From NCBI GenBank assembly GCA_011773515.1, contig WVXK01000062.1:68751-132750 (forward strand): a stretch of DNA of 64,000 nt. The letters are read 5' to 3'. This DNA comes from Deltaproteobacteria bacterium. GTDB lineage: Bacteria; Desulfobacterota; Deferrimicrobia; J040. Within the stretch, counting starts at the first letter, position 1, and the number at the start of each line of letters is the position of its first letter. Below the pieces are notes generated by a model. That model saw only the letters and a list, made by a program, of their open reading frames with translations, made no database searches and was not told the DNA's origin. Shown here piece after piece: positions 49,729 to 59,038 of the stretch. The translations under genes were made by a program, and so were the position numbers.

Positions 49729-50208
49729 CTACCTCCAGAAAGGAATGAGAATCTTCACGATAAGAAAATAGTGGATAATTGCGGCATACATGCCTGCGAT
49801 CAGGTCATCGAGAATGATAAACTGCACCCCCTCCTCTCTGTTTGCCCAGGAAGCGGGCCATGGTTTAAGAATATCAAATAACCTAAAGAGGATAAACAGG
49901 CTCACCCCTGTCAAAAGATCCCTCTCGAAAATGCCTCCTGCAACCATGAAGCCAAGGATCTCATCGACGACAACGTATGAGGGGTCTTTGAACCCCGTTT
50001 CTACAACCACCGATTTTATCCCCGGGATGGAGAAAAAAAGAATAATGGCAAAAAGTCCCCAGTAAAGGAGGAAATCGGTCACGAAATACCATATGGCAAA
50101 ACCGACACAGGAACCGAAAGTACCCGGGATGAGGGGAATATTTCCTGTATAGAACCCCCGGGCGACCAATTCGGAGCATGTGAGAAACAGACCTTTTTCC
50201 TTGTCCAT
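49729..50208 (-). CDS. pgpA: phosphatidylglycerophosphatase A
   Basis: Track ORF to 50292; start MDKEKGLFLTC at 50208 gives 160 aa; PgpA motifs LIPGTFGSCVG, VVDEILG, RLFDILKPWP. Confidence 0.85.
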   Translation of the reverse strand: MDKEKGLFLTCSELVARGFYTGNIPLIPGTFGSCVGFAIWYFVTDFLLYWGLFAIILFFSIPGIKSVVVETGFKDPSYVVVDEILGFMVAGGIFERDLLTGVSLFILFRLFDILKPWPASWANREEGVQFIILDDLIAGMYAAIIHYFLIVKILIPFWR

Positions 50209-50302
50209 AAAAAAGCTCCCCGGGGATACGGAAAGAACCCGAAAGTACCCTATTATAGCGGTAATATCCCCTGCAAAACAGGGCGAAGTCAATTATAAAT
50301 TA

Positions 50303-50332
50303 TTGACTTTCAAAGAATTATAAAAATAGAAT
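50303..50332 (+). promoter_or_regulatory. sigma-70-like promoter (TTGACT-N18-TAGAAT) for the HEAT / HD-GYP gene pair
   Basis: Seen directly in the 80-bp gap upstream of 50373. Confidence 0.4.
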
Positions 50333-50372
50333 ATTTCTGATATGCTCAAACCCGGTTTCAATCGAGGCAATT

Positions 50373-51941
50373 TTGAAAAACAATCTCGGCGATCCTCGGC
50401 TTGAAAAGATAGTTAAAGCAGTCACGGAAATGTCGAAGGGTTTAAAGGCAGTCGCTTTCTACCCGGAAAACCATCCCTCGCTCAATGCAATTTTACAAAA
50501 AATCTGTGAATCATTCGATGCAATCCCCCCACCGGAAAAGGGGCTCGAAATTTCCGTGAGCAAGACGGACCTCCTGATAGACGAGCAGAAGCTTTCCGAA
50601 AGACACGAGGCCGTGTCGGACTTTCGCAATGCCCTTTTCGTCAACAGAACGAAAAAACTCATCATCCTTCCCGGAACAACACCACTGGAAATGATGAATT
50701 TTTTGGAAGCGGTAAACGTAGACCCCGATGAGATCCTGAAAAAGGGAGGGCTGCAGAGGATACTCATCGGTAAAAGAATTGCCAGGATATGGATAAACAA
50801 GGTGGAGTACGACAAACTCATGGAGGAACTCAAAAAGGAGCAGGAGCACAAGGCCCAGGAGGAGGAGTTTGTCGTGATCGATAAGTCCCCCGCGGAAAGC
50901 GAGGTGGACATCGAAGAGGAGGACATAGAAACGCTTCTCAAATCCCTCCGGCAAACGACGGTGTCCGATCTTTACAGGGACCTCGTTCAGCGAATTTCGA
51001 GAAGAATTAATGAATTGATCAAAAACCAGCTGCTCCTTTACGCGGAAAAGGCAATAAAGATATATGCGCATCACATAGAATACCCCCCGGGAGAGGACAG
51101 AGTAATGGCCGATCTCGCCGCTGGCGGTATTCTCGAGGTCACAAACGATGACATAATCGATCTCTACGTAAAGAAATTCGGCAGCAAATCGTTGCAGGAA
51201 AGGATGGAAGCGCAAACGGTTCTGATGGTACTCGGAGAAGTTGGTGTGGCCAAGTTGCTCATTGCGCTCACGGAAGAAAAAAACATTATCGTGCGAAAGG
51301 CGATGGTAGAGCTGATAACAAAGATGGGGGATCCGGCAGTTCCATATATCATCAAGTATCTCAATGATGAGCGATGGTACGTTGTGCGAAACATGGTTAC
51401 CATACTTGGCGGAATAGAAAACGAAGAGGTGGCCTCTTACATAGCAAGTACCCTTCAGAACAAAGATATACGGGTAAAAAAAGAAGCGATAAAGGCCCTT
51501 TCGAAAAACCCGAGCCCAGACGCGACCACTGCCCTGGGGGGATGCTGTTTCGACAGTGACGAAAACATCACGACAATAGCCGTCTCGTCCCTGGGAAGAA
51601 AAAAAGACGATAAGGCCGTCCAAATCCTCGAGGAGAGATTCCATAAAAAAAAGTTCATTTATCCGGAGTATCGAGTTTCGTTGGAAATCATCGAGTCTTT
51701 GAAAAATATCGGCACAAACAGGGCTGTTTCGGCCCTGGAGAAAATCGCAACCTACAATCCTCTCTTCAAGCCCAAGAGGATGAAGGAGCTAAAAAGCGCC
51801 GCCGTGCAGGGCATAGGGAGGGTAAAATCAGAAAAAGCAAGAGAAGTGCTTGAAAAGTTATCCCGAAGTTCCGATATCATATGTAAGCGGGAAGCATCCA
51901 AATCATTACAGAGGTTGGATGATGGAAAGGCTGGAACTTGA
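50373..51941 (+). CDS. HEAT-repeat (PBS-lyase HEAT-like) protein with N-terminal domain shared with the downstream HD-GYP protein (DUF3391-like)
   Basis: 522 aa; TTG start per track; C-terminal half shows HEAT_2-type repeats (VRKAMVELITKMGDPAVPYIIKYLNDERWYVVRNMVTILG...); N-terminal ~130 aa align with the N-terminus of ORF 51919. Confidence 0.75.
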   Translation: MKNNLGDPRLEKIVKAVTEMSKGLKAVAFYPENHPSLNAILQKICESFDAIPPPEKGLEISVSKTDLLIDEQKLSERHEAVSDFRNALFVNRTKKLIILPGTTPLEMMNFLEAVNVDPDEILKKGGLQRILIGKRIARIWINKVEYDKLMEELKKEQEHKAQEEEFVVIDKSPAESEVDIEEEDIETLLKSLRQTTVSDLYRDLVQRISRRINELIKNQLLLYAEKAIKIYAHHIEYPPGEDRVMADLAAGGILEVTNDDIIDLYVKKFGSKSLQERMEAQTVLMVLGEVGVAKLLIALTEEKNIIVRKAMVELITKMGDPAVPYIIKYLNDERWYVVRNMVTILGGIENEEVASYIASTLQNKDIRVKKEAIKALSKNPSPDATTALGGCCFDSDENITTIAVSSLGRKKDDKAVQILEERFHKKKFIYPEYRVSLEIIESLKNIGTNRAVSALEKIATYNPLFKPKRMKELKSAAVQGIGRVKSEKAREVLEKLSRSSDIICKREASKSLQRLDDGKAGT

Positions 51942-53298
51942 TGAAAAAATAAGGGAAATAACGAAAGTACTCGGGGGCAGCCTCAAAAGCCTGGGGCTGT
52001 ATCCGAAAGACCATCCCCTCGTTAAGAAGTCGATAACCCAGGCATTCGACCTCATCAGTTCCCTGCTCGAAGAGCTCGGGGAGCTTGTGCTTGCTATCGT
52101 CGATGACACTCTCGTTTTCGAGGGAACTCCCATCTACAAGCTCACATCGTCTCTTGAGCTCTTTATCGAATCCCTCAGGGACTGCGGAATAGAGGCAATG
52201 ATTTTTCACAGGGGGCTCAAAAGGGACGAGGTGGAAGGTGCGATTTCCCTTCTCCACGAAAACCGGGGCATCAAATTGACCGACAGGAAGGTAAAAACTC
52301 TTTTCAGGGAGAGGGGGATAACGAAGATCGTCATTGTCACCATCGAAAAAGAAGAGGAAGAAGATGATCTGTCGATGGCAAAGGAGATCTACCAGAATGC
52401 CCTCTCCGCGGTAACGGCGGTGCTGAATGATATTCGCCTCGGCAAGATACCTTCGGGAAAGGAATCGAGAAAGGTGGTCCAGGACATATCGAGCATGCTC
52501 ACGAGGAATAAGGACGCCATGCTGGCCCTCACCATGATAAAGAACTACGATGAATACACATACACCCACTCTGTGAACGTGTCCGTCATCTCTCTTGCAA
52601 TAGCCGAGTCCCTCTCTTTATCCGATACGGAAAAGGTGGACATAGGAGTTGCCGGCCTTCTCCACGATGTGGGAAAAACCCAGCTCGCTCTCGACCTGAT
52701 CAGGAAACCTTCGACGCTGACGATAGAGGAATTTGAAGAAATAAAGAAACACCCCGATGAAGGATACAGGATCCTTTCAGAAATGGAGTTCATCAATCCC
52801 GTATCGGGAAAAATAGTAAGGGAACACCACATGGGATACGATCTTTCCGGGTATCCCCACACCGAACCCAGATACACGATGGAACCTTACAGCCAGATAG
52901 TTAGCATCGCAGACTGCTACGACGCCCTCTCAACGCTGAGGACCTATCAGAAACCGAGACCCCCGAAAGAATCGCTCGAGGTAATGACGAAAATGGCCGG
53001 AAAATCCCTGGACCCGGCCATGGTAAAAGTCCTGATAAAAATACTGGGAATCTATCCCATCGGAACAATGGTGCGCCTTGACACAAACGAGGCAGCAGTC
53101 GTATCTGCTCAGAACGTAGAGGATTCGACAAGGCCAAAGGTCATCGTACTGACGGACTCAGAGGGGAAGCAGCTCGAATTTCCCGTTCACCTTGACCTTT
53201 CAGAGAAAGACCCCACCACCGGGAAATATAAGAGGAACATAGTCACGACAGTCAACCCTCTCCTCGAAAATGCCAACCCATCAAGATCCGTGGCTTAA
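51919..53298 (+). CDS. HD-GYP domain phosphodiesterase-like protein (degenerate HHE motif) with DUF3391-like N-terminal domain
   Basis: Track ORF from 51850; start at MMERLELDEK (51919). HD motif GLLHDVGK; GYP motif present as HHMGYDLSGYP (canonical HHExxDGxGYP); overlaps upstream gene by 23 nt. Confidence 0.85.
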   Translation: MMERLELDEKIREITKVLGGSLKSLGLYPKDHPLVKKSITQAFDLISSLLEELGELVLAIVDDTLVFEGTPIYKLTSSLELFIESLRDCGIEAMIFHRGLKRDEVEGAISLLHENRGIKLTDRKVKTLFRERGITKIVIVTIEKEEEEDDLSMAKEIYQNALSAVTAVLNDIRLGKIPSGKESRKVVQDISSMLTRNKDAMLALTMIKNYDEYTYTHSVNVSVISLAIAESLSLSDTEKVDIGVAGLLHDVGKTQLALDLIRKPSTLTIEEFEEIKKHPDEGYRILSEMEFINPVSGKIVREHHMGYDLSGYPHTEPRYTMEPYSQIVSIADCYDALSTLRTYQKPRPPKESLEVMTKMAGKSLDPAMVKVLIKILGIYPIGTMVRLDTNEAAVVSAQNVEDSTRPKVIVLTDSEGKQLEFPVHLDLSEKDPTTGKYKRNIVTTVNPLLENANPSRSVA

Positions 53299-53856
53299 CG
53301 GGATCGCGCCGAGGGCGAAGGCTACTGCTTTTCGCACCGATGGGCTTTCCGATTCCGCCTTGCTCATGATTTCACCCAACGCATCGGAAGAACCTATCCG
53401 GCCGAGGGCTTCAATCGTTCTCGCCTGTATCTCGGTATCGGGGTGGTTTATGAAATTCATCAGCACGGGGCCGAGCTCCCTTCTTCCCGAGTTTCCAAGG
53501 ACGCTTATCACATTACCGAGCACGTAACCTTTTTCCAGGGGTAAACGGTCCACCAGGGCCTTCAGTACTGCACCCCTCGGATAGTTTTCGAGGATCCTGA
53601 TCGCCGCTCCCCGCACATCGTCGGCTGCGTCCCCCACGGCCTTCATGAGAAGCTTCAACCCCTCCTCCCCGCCCATCTCCTCCGCTGCGTAAACCACCCT
53701 GAGCCTCTCCTCCGGCTTTCCAGAGCTCAAGACACCCATGAACTCAGGGAAGTTTTTTCTGGCGGCAAGCCTGCCGAGAGCAATCGAAGCCTCTTCTTTC
53801 ACCGGAGCCACCTTATCATTGACAAGCGCATGTAAAATTCTTTCAATTTCCTCCAA
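53281..53856 (-). CDS. small HEAT-repeat protein
   Basis: 191 aa; 4-5 HEAT_2-like repeats; 3' end overlaps the convergent HD-GYP gene by 18 nt; 5' end overlaps S58 peptidase stop by 14 nt. Confidence 0.75.
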   Translation of the reverse strand: MEEIERILHALVNDKVAPVKEEASIALGRLAARKNFPEFMGVLSSGKPEERLRVVYAAEEMGGEEGLKLLMKAVGDAADDVRGAAIRILENYPRGAVLKALVDRLPLEKGYVLGNVISVLGNSGRRELGPVLMNFINHPDTEIQARTIEALGRIGSSDALGEIMSKAESESPSVRKAVAFALGAIPLSHGS

Positions 53857-54871
53857 TGTTTCCTCCTCTTCCGGTTATTTCCCTGGCGCAGGGCAACCCT
53901 CCTCTGGATTTTGCCGAAAAGACGGCAGAAGTGAGCGATTCATACGTAACTTCTTCCGTCATTGCAATGAATTTCATAAGATTTTCAACCCTTTTCTTCT
54001 TCCCCGTAGACAGGGAAAAAACGATATCCCCGTCAAAGATCGACCCATACGGGCGTATATGCGATGAGAGGAAGTTATTGAGTTGCGACGCCACGATGTA
54101 ATGCTCCTTTTTCTCGAGCAAAGCGTCTGTCACCACCACCGTTATGGTTGTGCTATCCATCCCTCCAAAGGGCTTCCTCGTGTAGCCCTCCAGGAACATC
54201 TTCCTCGTATTCCCGTACCCGCTTTTCCCGGACAACCGAACCCCGGCAATTATTTCACCGCTTTTGTCGTATACATCACCAAAGGCATTGAGTACCATCA
54301 TCGAACCGATAGCATAGCCCTCGTCCGCCAGGCGAAGTCCAATGCCTTTTGTGGTCTTGGTCGCACTCTCGATCCCGAGAATCTTGCCTACCGAAGCCCC
54401 GGCACCGGCTCCCTCCAGGTTATTTCTTCCTTCATCAGAAAGTGCATCGGCAACAGCTTTTCTCCCCAGGTCATGGTAGTCCATACCCACATTTTCTTTG
54501 AATGACAGGTCGTAGATAACCGCGGTCGGAACAACAGGGATACTCGTTGTTCCCGTGAACAACCCGATATTTCGCTCATTGAGCTCGCGCACAACAGCCG
54601 ATGCCGCAGCGAGGCCGAAAACGGAACCCCCGGAAACGACAAGTCCAAAAATTTTTTCCACCGTGTGTGTCAGGGAGAGAGAATCCATCTGCCGGGTACC
54701 CGTTGCAAAACCCCGCGCTTCAGCTGAACCCACCGCACCGTGGGGAAAAAGAAGAACTGAGGTCCCTGTGAGCCCGCTCTCAGAAACGGCGCTTCCGACG
54801 CGTACTCCCTCAATCGACTGCCAAGGACAAATTTTTCCGGCCATTGAGGATATTTGATACAATTTACGCAT
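53843..54871 (-). CDS. P1/S58-family peptidase (DmpA-like L-aminopeptidase/D-esterase)
   Basis: 342 aa; S58/DmpA fold signatures (GTSVLLFP, autoproteolytic Gly-Ser/Thr region GTTSIP); start may be at 54844. Confidence 0.75.
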   Translation of the reverse strand: MRKLYQISSMAGKICPWQSIEGVRVGSAVSESGLTGTSVLLFPHGAVGSAEARGFATGTRQMDSLSLTHTVEKIFGLVVSGGSVFGLAAASAVVRELNERNIGLFTGTTSIPVVPTAVIYDLSFKENVGMDYHDLGRKAVADALSDEGRNNLEGAGAGASVGKILGIESATKTTKGIGLRLADEGYAIGSMMVLNAFGDVYDKSGEIIAGVRLSGKSGYGNTRKMFLEGYTRKPFGGMDSTTITVVVTDALLEKKEHYIVASQLNNFLSSHIRPYGSIFDGDIVFSLSTGKKKRVENLMKFIAMTEEVTYESLTSAVFSAKSRGGLPCAREITGRGGNIGGN

Positions 54872-55002
54872 CTTATGTCAAGAATTGAGAATTCATTGCG
54901 GGGGAAAGAATGCTCCCTGTTGAGCCCGATGTTTTGCTCGAACGGCGGCAAATATCTCCCTTCGTCGACTTTTCCCCCTGTGCTACCATAGAGTGATTTA
55001 TT

Positions 55003-55443
55003 ATGGGTAAAAAAACGGCAGGAAGGCGGCTTTGTTTGGACTATGGGAAGAAAAAGATTGGAATTGCAATTTCCGACCCCACAGCTACCATTGCTCAGCC
55101 TCACTCCGTTATGGAAAGAGAGACCGAAGAGCTGGATATAGAGAAAATTCATGATCTCGTAGCAACTTATGGCATCAAAAAAGTGATCATGGGCTTGCCC
55201 CTGGAACTTTCAGGGGAAGCCGGACAGAGCGCTATGGATGTTTTCCAATTTATCGAAAAGTTGAAAGTTGCCCTCGAGGGGGTGGAAATCGAGACCTGGG
55301 ATGAACGCCTATCGACCGTTTTCGCAGAAAAAGAGATGATCAGGGACAATGTGAGGCGAAAGAAGAGAAAAAAGGTAATCGACCAGCTCGCGGCAACCAT
55401 AATTCTCCAGAGTTTCCTTGATGCAGAATCGAGAGATGGATGA
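55003..55443 (+). CDS. ruvX: putative pre-16S rRNA nuclease / Holliday-junction resolvase-like YqgF
   Basis: 146 aa; RLCLDYGKKKIGIAISD N-terminal RNase H-like motif; conserved pairing with mltG. Confidence 0.9.
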   Translation: MGKKTAGRRLCLDYGKKKIGIAISDPTATIAQPHSVMERETEELDIEKIHDLVATYGIKKVIMGLPLELSGEAGQSAMDVFQFIEKLKVALEGVEIETWDERLSTVFAEKEMIRDNVRRKKRKKVIDQLAATIILQSFLDAESRDG

Positions 55444-56485
55444 AAAAGCGGGGTTGGAAAAACCAACCTTGAGAAGAGTTGCCGAACTGTTCCTCGTCGC
55501 GATTTGCGCCTATGTGATCATTACCTCTATCCTGTTCGTCGCCTACCTCTATTCGACTCCTGCCGCTGAAAATTTTTCAGCCAAGAAAATTTATATCGAG
55601 AAGGGCACGCCTTTCAGGTCGGTAGTCGATGATCTCTACAGGGAGGGAATAATCAGCTCCAAAACCTTTTTCAACCTCCTTGCCCATGTAACTTTCAGCA
55701 CAAAAAAGATAAAGGCAGGTGAATATATAATCCCTACCCCCCAGAAACCCCTCTTCGTGCTGAAAAAGCTCGTCCTCGGGCTCGTAGCAAAATACTACAT
55801 CACGGTCCCTGAAGGGAGCAGCATCTACAACATAAGCTCCCTTCTCGACTCGTATAAAATAGCACAAAAGGAGAGGTTTCTTGCCCTTGCCGGCTCAAAG
55901 GAAGTAGCAAGGCAATACGGGATCGACTCCCGGTCTCTCGAGGGATATCTCTTCCCCGATACCTACGTCTTCACGCGCGGTATGGATGAAAAAGCCATAA
56001 TAGACATGATGATCAACCGTTTTCGCAAGGCCTACCCCGAGGATATGGACGAGAAAAGGAAAAAGCTGGGAATTACAGTCGACGATCTGATCACCATAGC
56101 ATCGATAGTTGAGAAGGAGACCTCCCTTGACAGGGAAAAACCGATCATCGCCTCCATAATATATCGGCGGCTGAAAAAAAACATGCGCCTTCAGATGGAT
56201 CCGACGGTCATTTACGGCCTGAAAAAATGGGACGGGAAGTTGACGAAAAAAGACCTCTCGACCGATCACGATTTCAACACGTACGTGAGGAGGGGTTTGC
56301 CCCCGGGACCGATTTCAAATCCAGGCCTGGCTTCCATAAAAGCGACCCTGAATCCGTCTGAGACAACATACCTCTACTTCGTCTCAAAAAACGATGGGTC
56401 CCACCACTTCTCGCGAACACTGCGGGAGCACATTAATGCGGTGAACCGTTATCAGAAATTTACGAAAGGTTCGAGAAAAAAGTAG
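55418..56485 (+). CDS. mltG: endolytic murein transglycosylase MltG (YceG family)
   Basis: 355 aa; N-terminal TM; YceG signature LYFVSKNDGSHHFSRTLREH. Confidence 0.9.
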   Translation: MMQNREMDEKAGLEKPTLRRVAELFLVAICAYVIITSILFVAYLYSTPAAENFSAKKIYIEKGTPFRSVVDDLYREGIISSKTFFNLLAHVTFSTKKIKAGEYIIPTPQKPLFVLKKLVLGLVAKYYITVPEGSSIYNISSLLDSYKIAQKERFLALAGSKEVARQYGIDSRSLEGYLFPDTYVFTRGMDEKAIIDMMINRFRKAYPEDMDEKRKKLGITVDDLITIASIVEKETSLDREKPIIASIIYRRLKKNMRLQMDPTVIYGLKKWDGKLTKKDLSTDHDFNTYVRRGLPPGPISNPGLASIKATLNPSETTYLYFVSKNDGSHHFSRTLREHINAVNRYQKFTKGSRKK

Positions 56486-56552
56486 TTATCGTCCATGGAT
56501 CGGTTGATAGCCGCGGGGATCGCCCCACAGCAGGCGGGAGCAGTGGGCCTTC

Positions 56553-56963
56553 CTATTCTTCCTCTTCGAAATCGACTATGGAAATCTTCCTCAATGTCTC
56601 TTCGGGTTCCTCTGTCCAGGTTTTTTCCTCTTTTTCGATCATTTCCTTGCAGTCGACACAATAGAGGGCAAATGGCATAACCTTAAGACGCCCCTTCGGT
56701 ATCTTGGCGCCGCACTCCTCACAAACTCCGTAACTTCCCTCGTCAATTTTTTCGAGGGCCTCCTCTATCAAACGGAGTTTCTCTTTCTCCCTCTTGGAGA
56801 GGAGAAGGTCGAACTCCCTCGCTCTTTCCTGGAAACAGGAGTCAACGTCATCTCCGATATCCTCGTTTATGTTCTTGCTCGTCTCTTTGAGCCTCCACGT
56901 GATATCACGGATAAGCTCGTCGCGCATTTTAACGAGGACCTCTTTCATCGATTTCATCGACAT
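56553..56963 (-). CDS. DksA/TraR-family C4 zinc-finger regulator
   Basis: 136 aa; coiled-coil N-region and CEECGAKIP...CVDC zinc finger. Confidence 0.85.
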   Translation of the reverse strand: MSMKSMKEVLVKMRDELIRDITWRLKETSKNINEDIGDDVDSCFQERAREFDLLLSKREKEKLRLIEEALEKIDEGSYGVCEECGAKIPKGRLKVMPFALYCVDCKEMIEKEEKTWTEEPEETLRKISIVDFEEEE

Positions 56964-57010
56964 CCTCCTGCGTTGACATCACAAGGTTCAAAAAATATAC
57001 CCTTTTCACC

Positions 57011-58384
57011 TTAAAAGTCAATCTCTTTTTCATTGATAACTGTCCCGGAGAGGTCATAATGGTCACAACTGTCAATCTTCACCGTAACAAATTCCCCCTC
57101 CTTGACGGGCCGCGTGTATTCTGCCGTCACGAAACCATCCACCTCGGGTGCCTGGCCGTAATATCTTCCTGTCAGCGTGGCCTCACGTCTGCTAACGGCA
57201 TCCACGAGAACCTTTGCTTTTTTCCCCAGGTACCTTTTATTCTTCTCAAAGGATATGCGGGACTGAACCGTGATGAGCTCTTCCAGTCGGGAGATTGCAA
57301 CATTTTTTTTCACCTTCGGAACCATTCCCCAGGCAGGTGTCCCTTCCTCCCTTGAATAGGTGAACCCACCGAGCCGTTCAAATCCCACGTCCTCGATGAG
57401 TCGAAGCAGCAATTCAAAATCATTCAGACCCTCTCCCGGGAAACCCACCATGACCGTCGTTCGAAGGACGAGGTCATCCAGGTTTGTCCGGAGCATGGCA
57501 AAGAGTTCGTAGAGGTATTCCCGCGTATAGCCCCTGTTCATCCTTTCCAGAATTCTGGTGCTTCCATGTTGAATGGGAATATCGAGATAGTTGAGTACAA
57601 GCGGGCTCTCCCGGATGATCTTCACGAGTTTTTCCGTGATACGGGCCGGATGAAGGTAGAGCAGCCTCAACCAGATGTCGCCCGATGCATGGCAGGAAAG
57701 CTCTTCGAGCAAGTTTTCGAGGATAAAACCCCGGGCGCCGTCCTTTCCAAAAGAGCCGATATCCTGACCAACCAGGTTGACCTCGGAAACCCCCTTCTGT
57801 ATCATTGCGCGAAATTCAGAGACAATTCTCTTCGTCTCCCTGCTTGCAAGGGGTCCCCTTATATCGGGAATGGTGCAATAAGAGCAGTGGTTTGAACAGC
57901 CATCTGTTATTTTCAAATATCTCCAGGCCCGTCCTTTCCCTCTGATTCTCTCGATATACAGATCCTCCAGGTCGGTTTTTTCTTCAATACCCATCCCCCC
58001 CCGTCCGACCCCCATCACGTCCATTAAAATTTCGTCTATTCTGCCCACGTCTGTTATTTTGAAACATTTATCGATCTCGGGGATTTCCATTTCAAGCTCA
58101 ACCATGTACCTCTGCGAGAGACAGCCTCCAACGAGAATTTTTCCAACCTTTCCCTTCCTCTTGAGCTCCACGAACCTGAAAATTTCGCCGAGCGATTCCT
58201 CCTTGGCTGCATCGATGAATCCACAGGTATTTATGATCACGGCATCGAGGAAGCCCCTTTTCCTCAGTGAAACACCCCGCCTGGCAAGGACGGTCTCCAT
58301 CACCTCGGTATCGACCATATTTTTTGCGCACCCCAGATGCACCAAGCCGACACGAAACACCCTGTCTTTAACCAATACGCTCAT
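57011..58384 (-). CDS. rimO: radical-SAM methylthiotransferase, RimO-like (MTTase N-domain + radical SAM + TRAM)
   Basis: 457 aa; VGLVHLGCAKNMVDTE (UPF0004 N-domain), CSNHCSYCTIP radical SAM, C-terminal TRAM. RimO vs MiaB not resolved; N-terminus is RimO-like. Confidence 0.8.
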   Translation of the reverse strand: MSVLVKDRVFRVGLVHLGCAKNMVDTEVMETVLARRGVSLRKRGFLDAVIINTCGFIDAAKEESLGEIFRFVELKRKGKVGKILVGGCLSQRYMVELEMEIPEIDKCFKITDVGRIDEILMDVMGVGRGGMGIEEKTDLEDLYIERIRGKGRAWRYLKITDGCSNHCSYCTIPDIRGPLASRETKRIVSEFRAMIQKGVSEVNLVGQDIGSFGKDGARGFILENLLEELSCHASGDIWLRLLYLHPARITEKLVKIIRESPLVLNYLDIPIQHGSTRILERMNRGYTREYLYELFAMLRTNLDDLVLRTTVMVGFPGEGLNDFELLLRLIEDVGFERLGGFTYSREEGTPAWGMVPKVKKNVAISRLEELITVQSRISFEKNKRYLGKKAKVLVDAVSRREATLTGRYYGQAPEVDGFVTAEYTRPVKEGEFVTVKIDSCDHYDLSGTVINEKEIDF

Positions 58385-58393
58385 TGGCTCCTG

Positions 58394-59038
58394 CTACTGT
58401 ATACGAAAAAGGAGAGAAGAGATTGGCCGGTTTACCTCCACCCGGCTGAAGGAGAGGGTATTTGAGGTACCGGTGAGAGAAAAAATCGTAAGCTCTTCGA
58501 CAAGCTTGCTCTTTCTGTTCCAGGTCAGGACTATTCTCCTGACATCCCTCTTCAATTTCTCCAGAGGAACCAGTTCAACCTTTGCATAACTTTCCCCATC
58601 GGTTTCAACGCGCGAAAATTCAAACAGCTCGGGGAGGTTGCCCTCTCCTCCAAGCAGAACATTATATATTCCGATGAGGTGTGCCGAAATCTTGGTCTCC
58701 CTGAAGCTTTCATCCTTTTCCTTCTTGAAGTAGAGAAATTCCCCGTTCACGATAAATACCTGCCTGACGGGCTCGGCATACTCCCACCTGCTCTTTCCGG
58801 GCTTCTTTATGTAAAAAACCCCCCTGGCTTCCCGGGTAATACCCATTCCCTCGAGTGGCATGACCTGGTTGAACTCTCCCGATATGGATGTCACGGTGCG
58901 ATAACGCCTCTCTATCTCGGCGATGACTTCACTCCCTTCGCTGGTAGCAAGCGCAGGGGATGCGAGATAGAGCAACGAGAGAGACAAAAGCAGGCACAGG
59001 GGTGCACGCTTTTTAGCGGAGCGAAGGGATGACGTCAT
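58394..59038 (-). CDS. lolA: outer-membrane lipoprotein carrier protein LolA
   Basis: 214 aa; signal peptide; LolA-like beta-barrel sequence (FNQVMPLEGMGITREARGVFYIKKPGKSRWEY). Confidence 0.85.
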   Translation of the reverse strand: MTSSLRSAKKRAPLCLLLSLSLLYLASPALATSEGSEVIAEIERRYRTVTSISGEFNQVMPLEGMGITREARGVFYIKKPGKSRWEYAEPVRQVFIVNGEFLYFKKEKDESFRETKISAHLIGIYNVLLGGEGNLPELFEFSRVETDGESYAKVELVPLEKLKRDVRRIVLTWNRKSKLVEELTIFSLTGTSNTLSFSRVEVNRPISSLLFRIQ

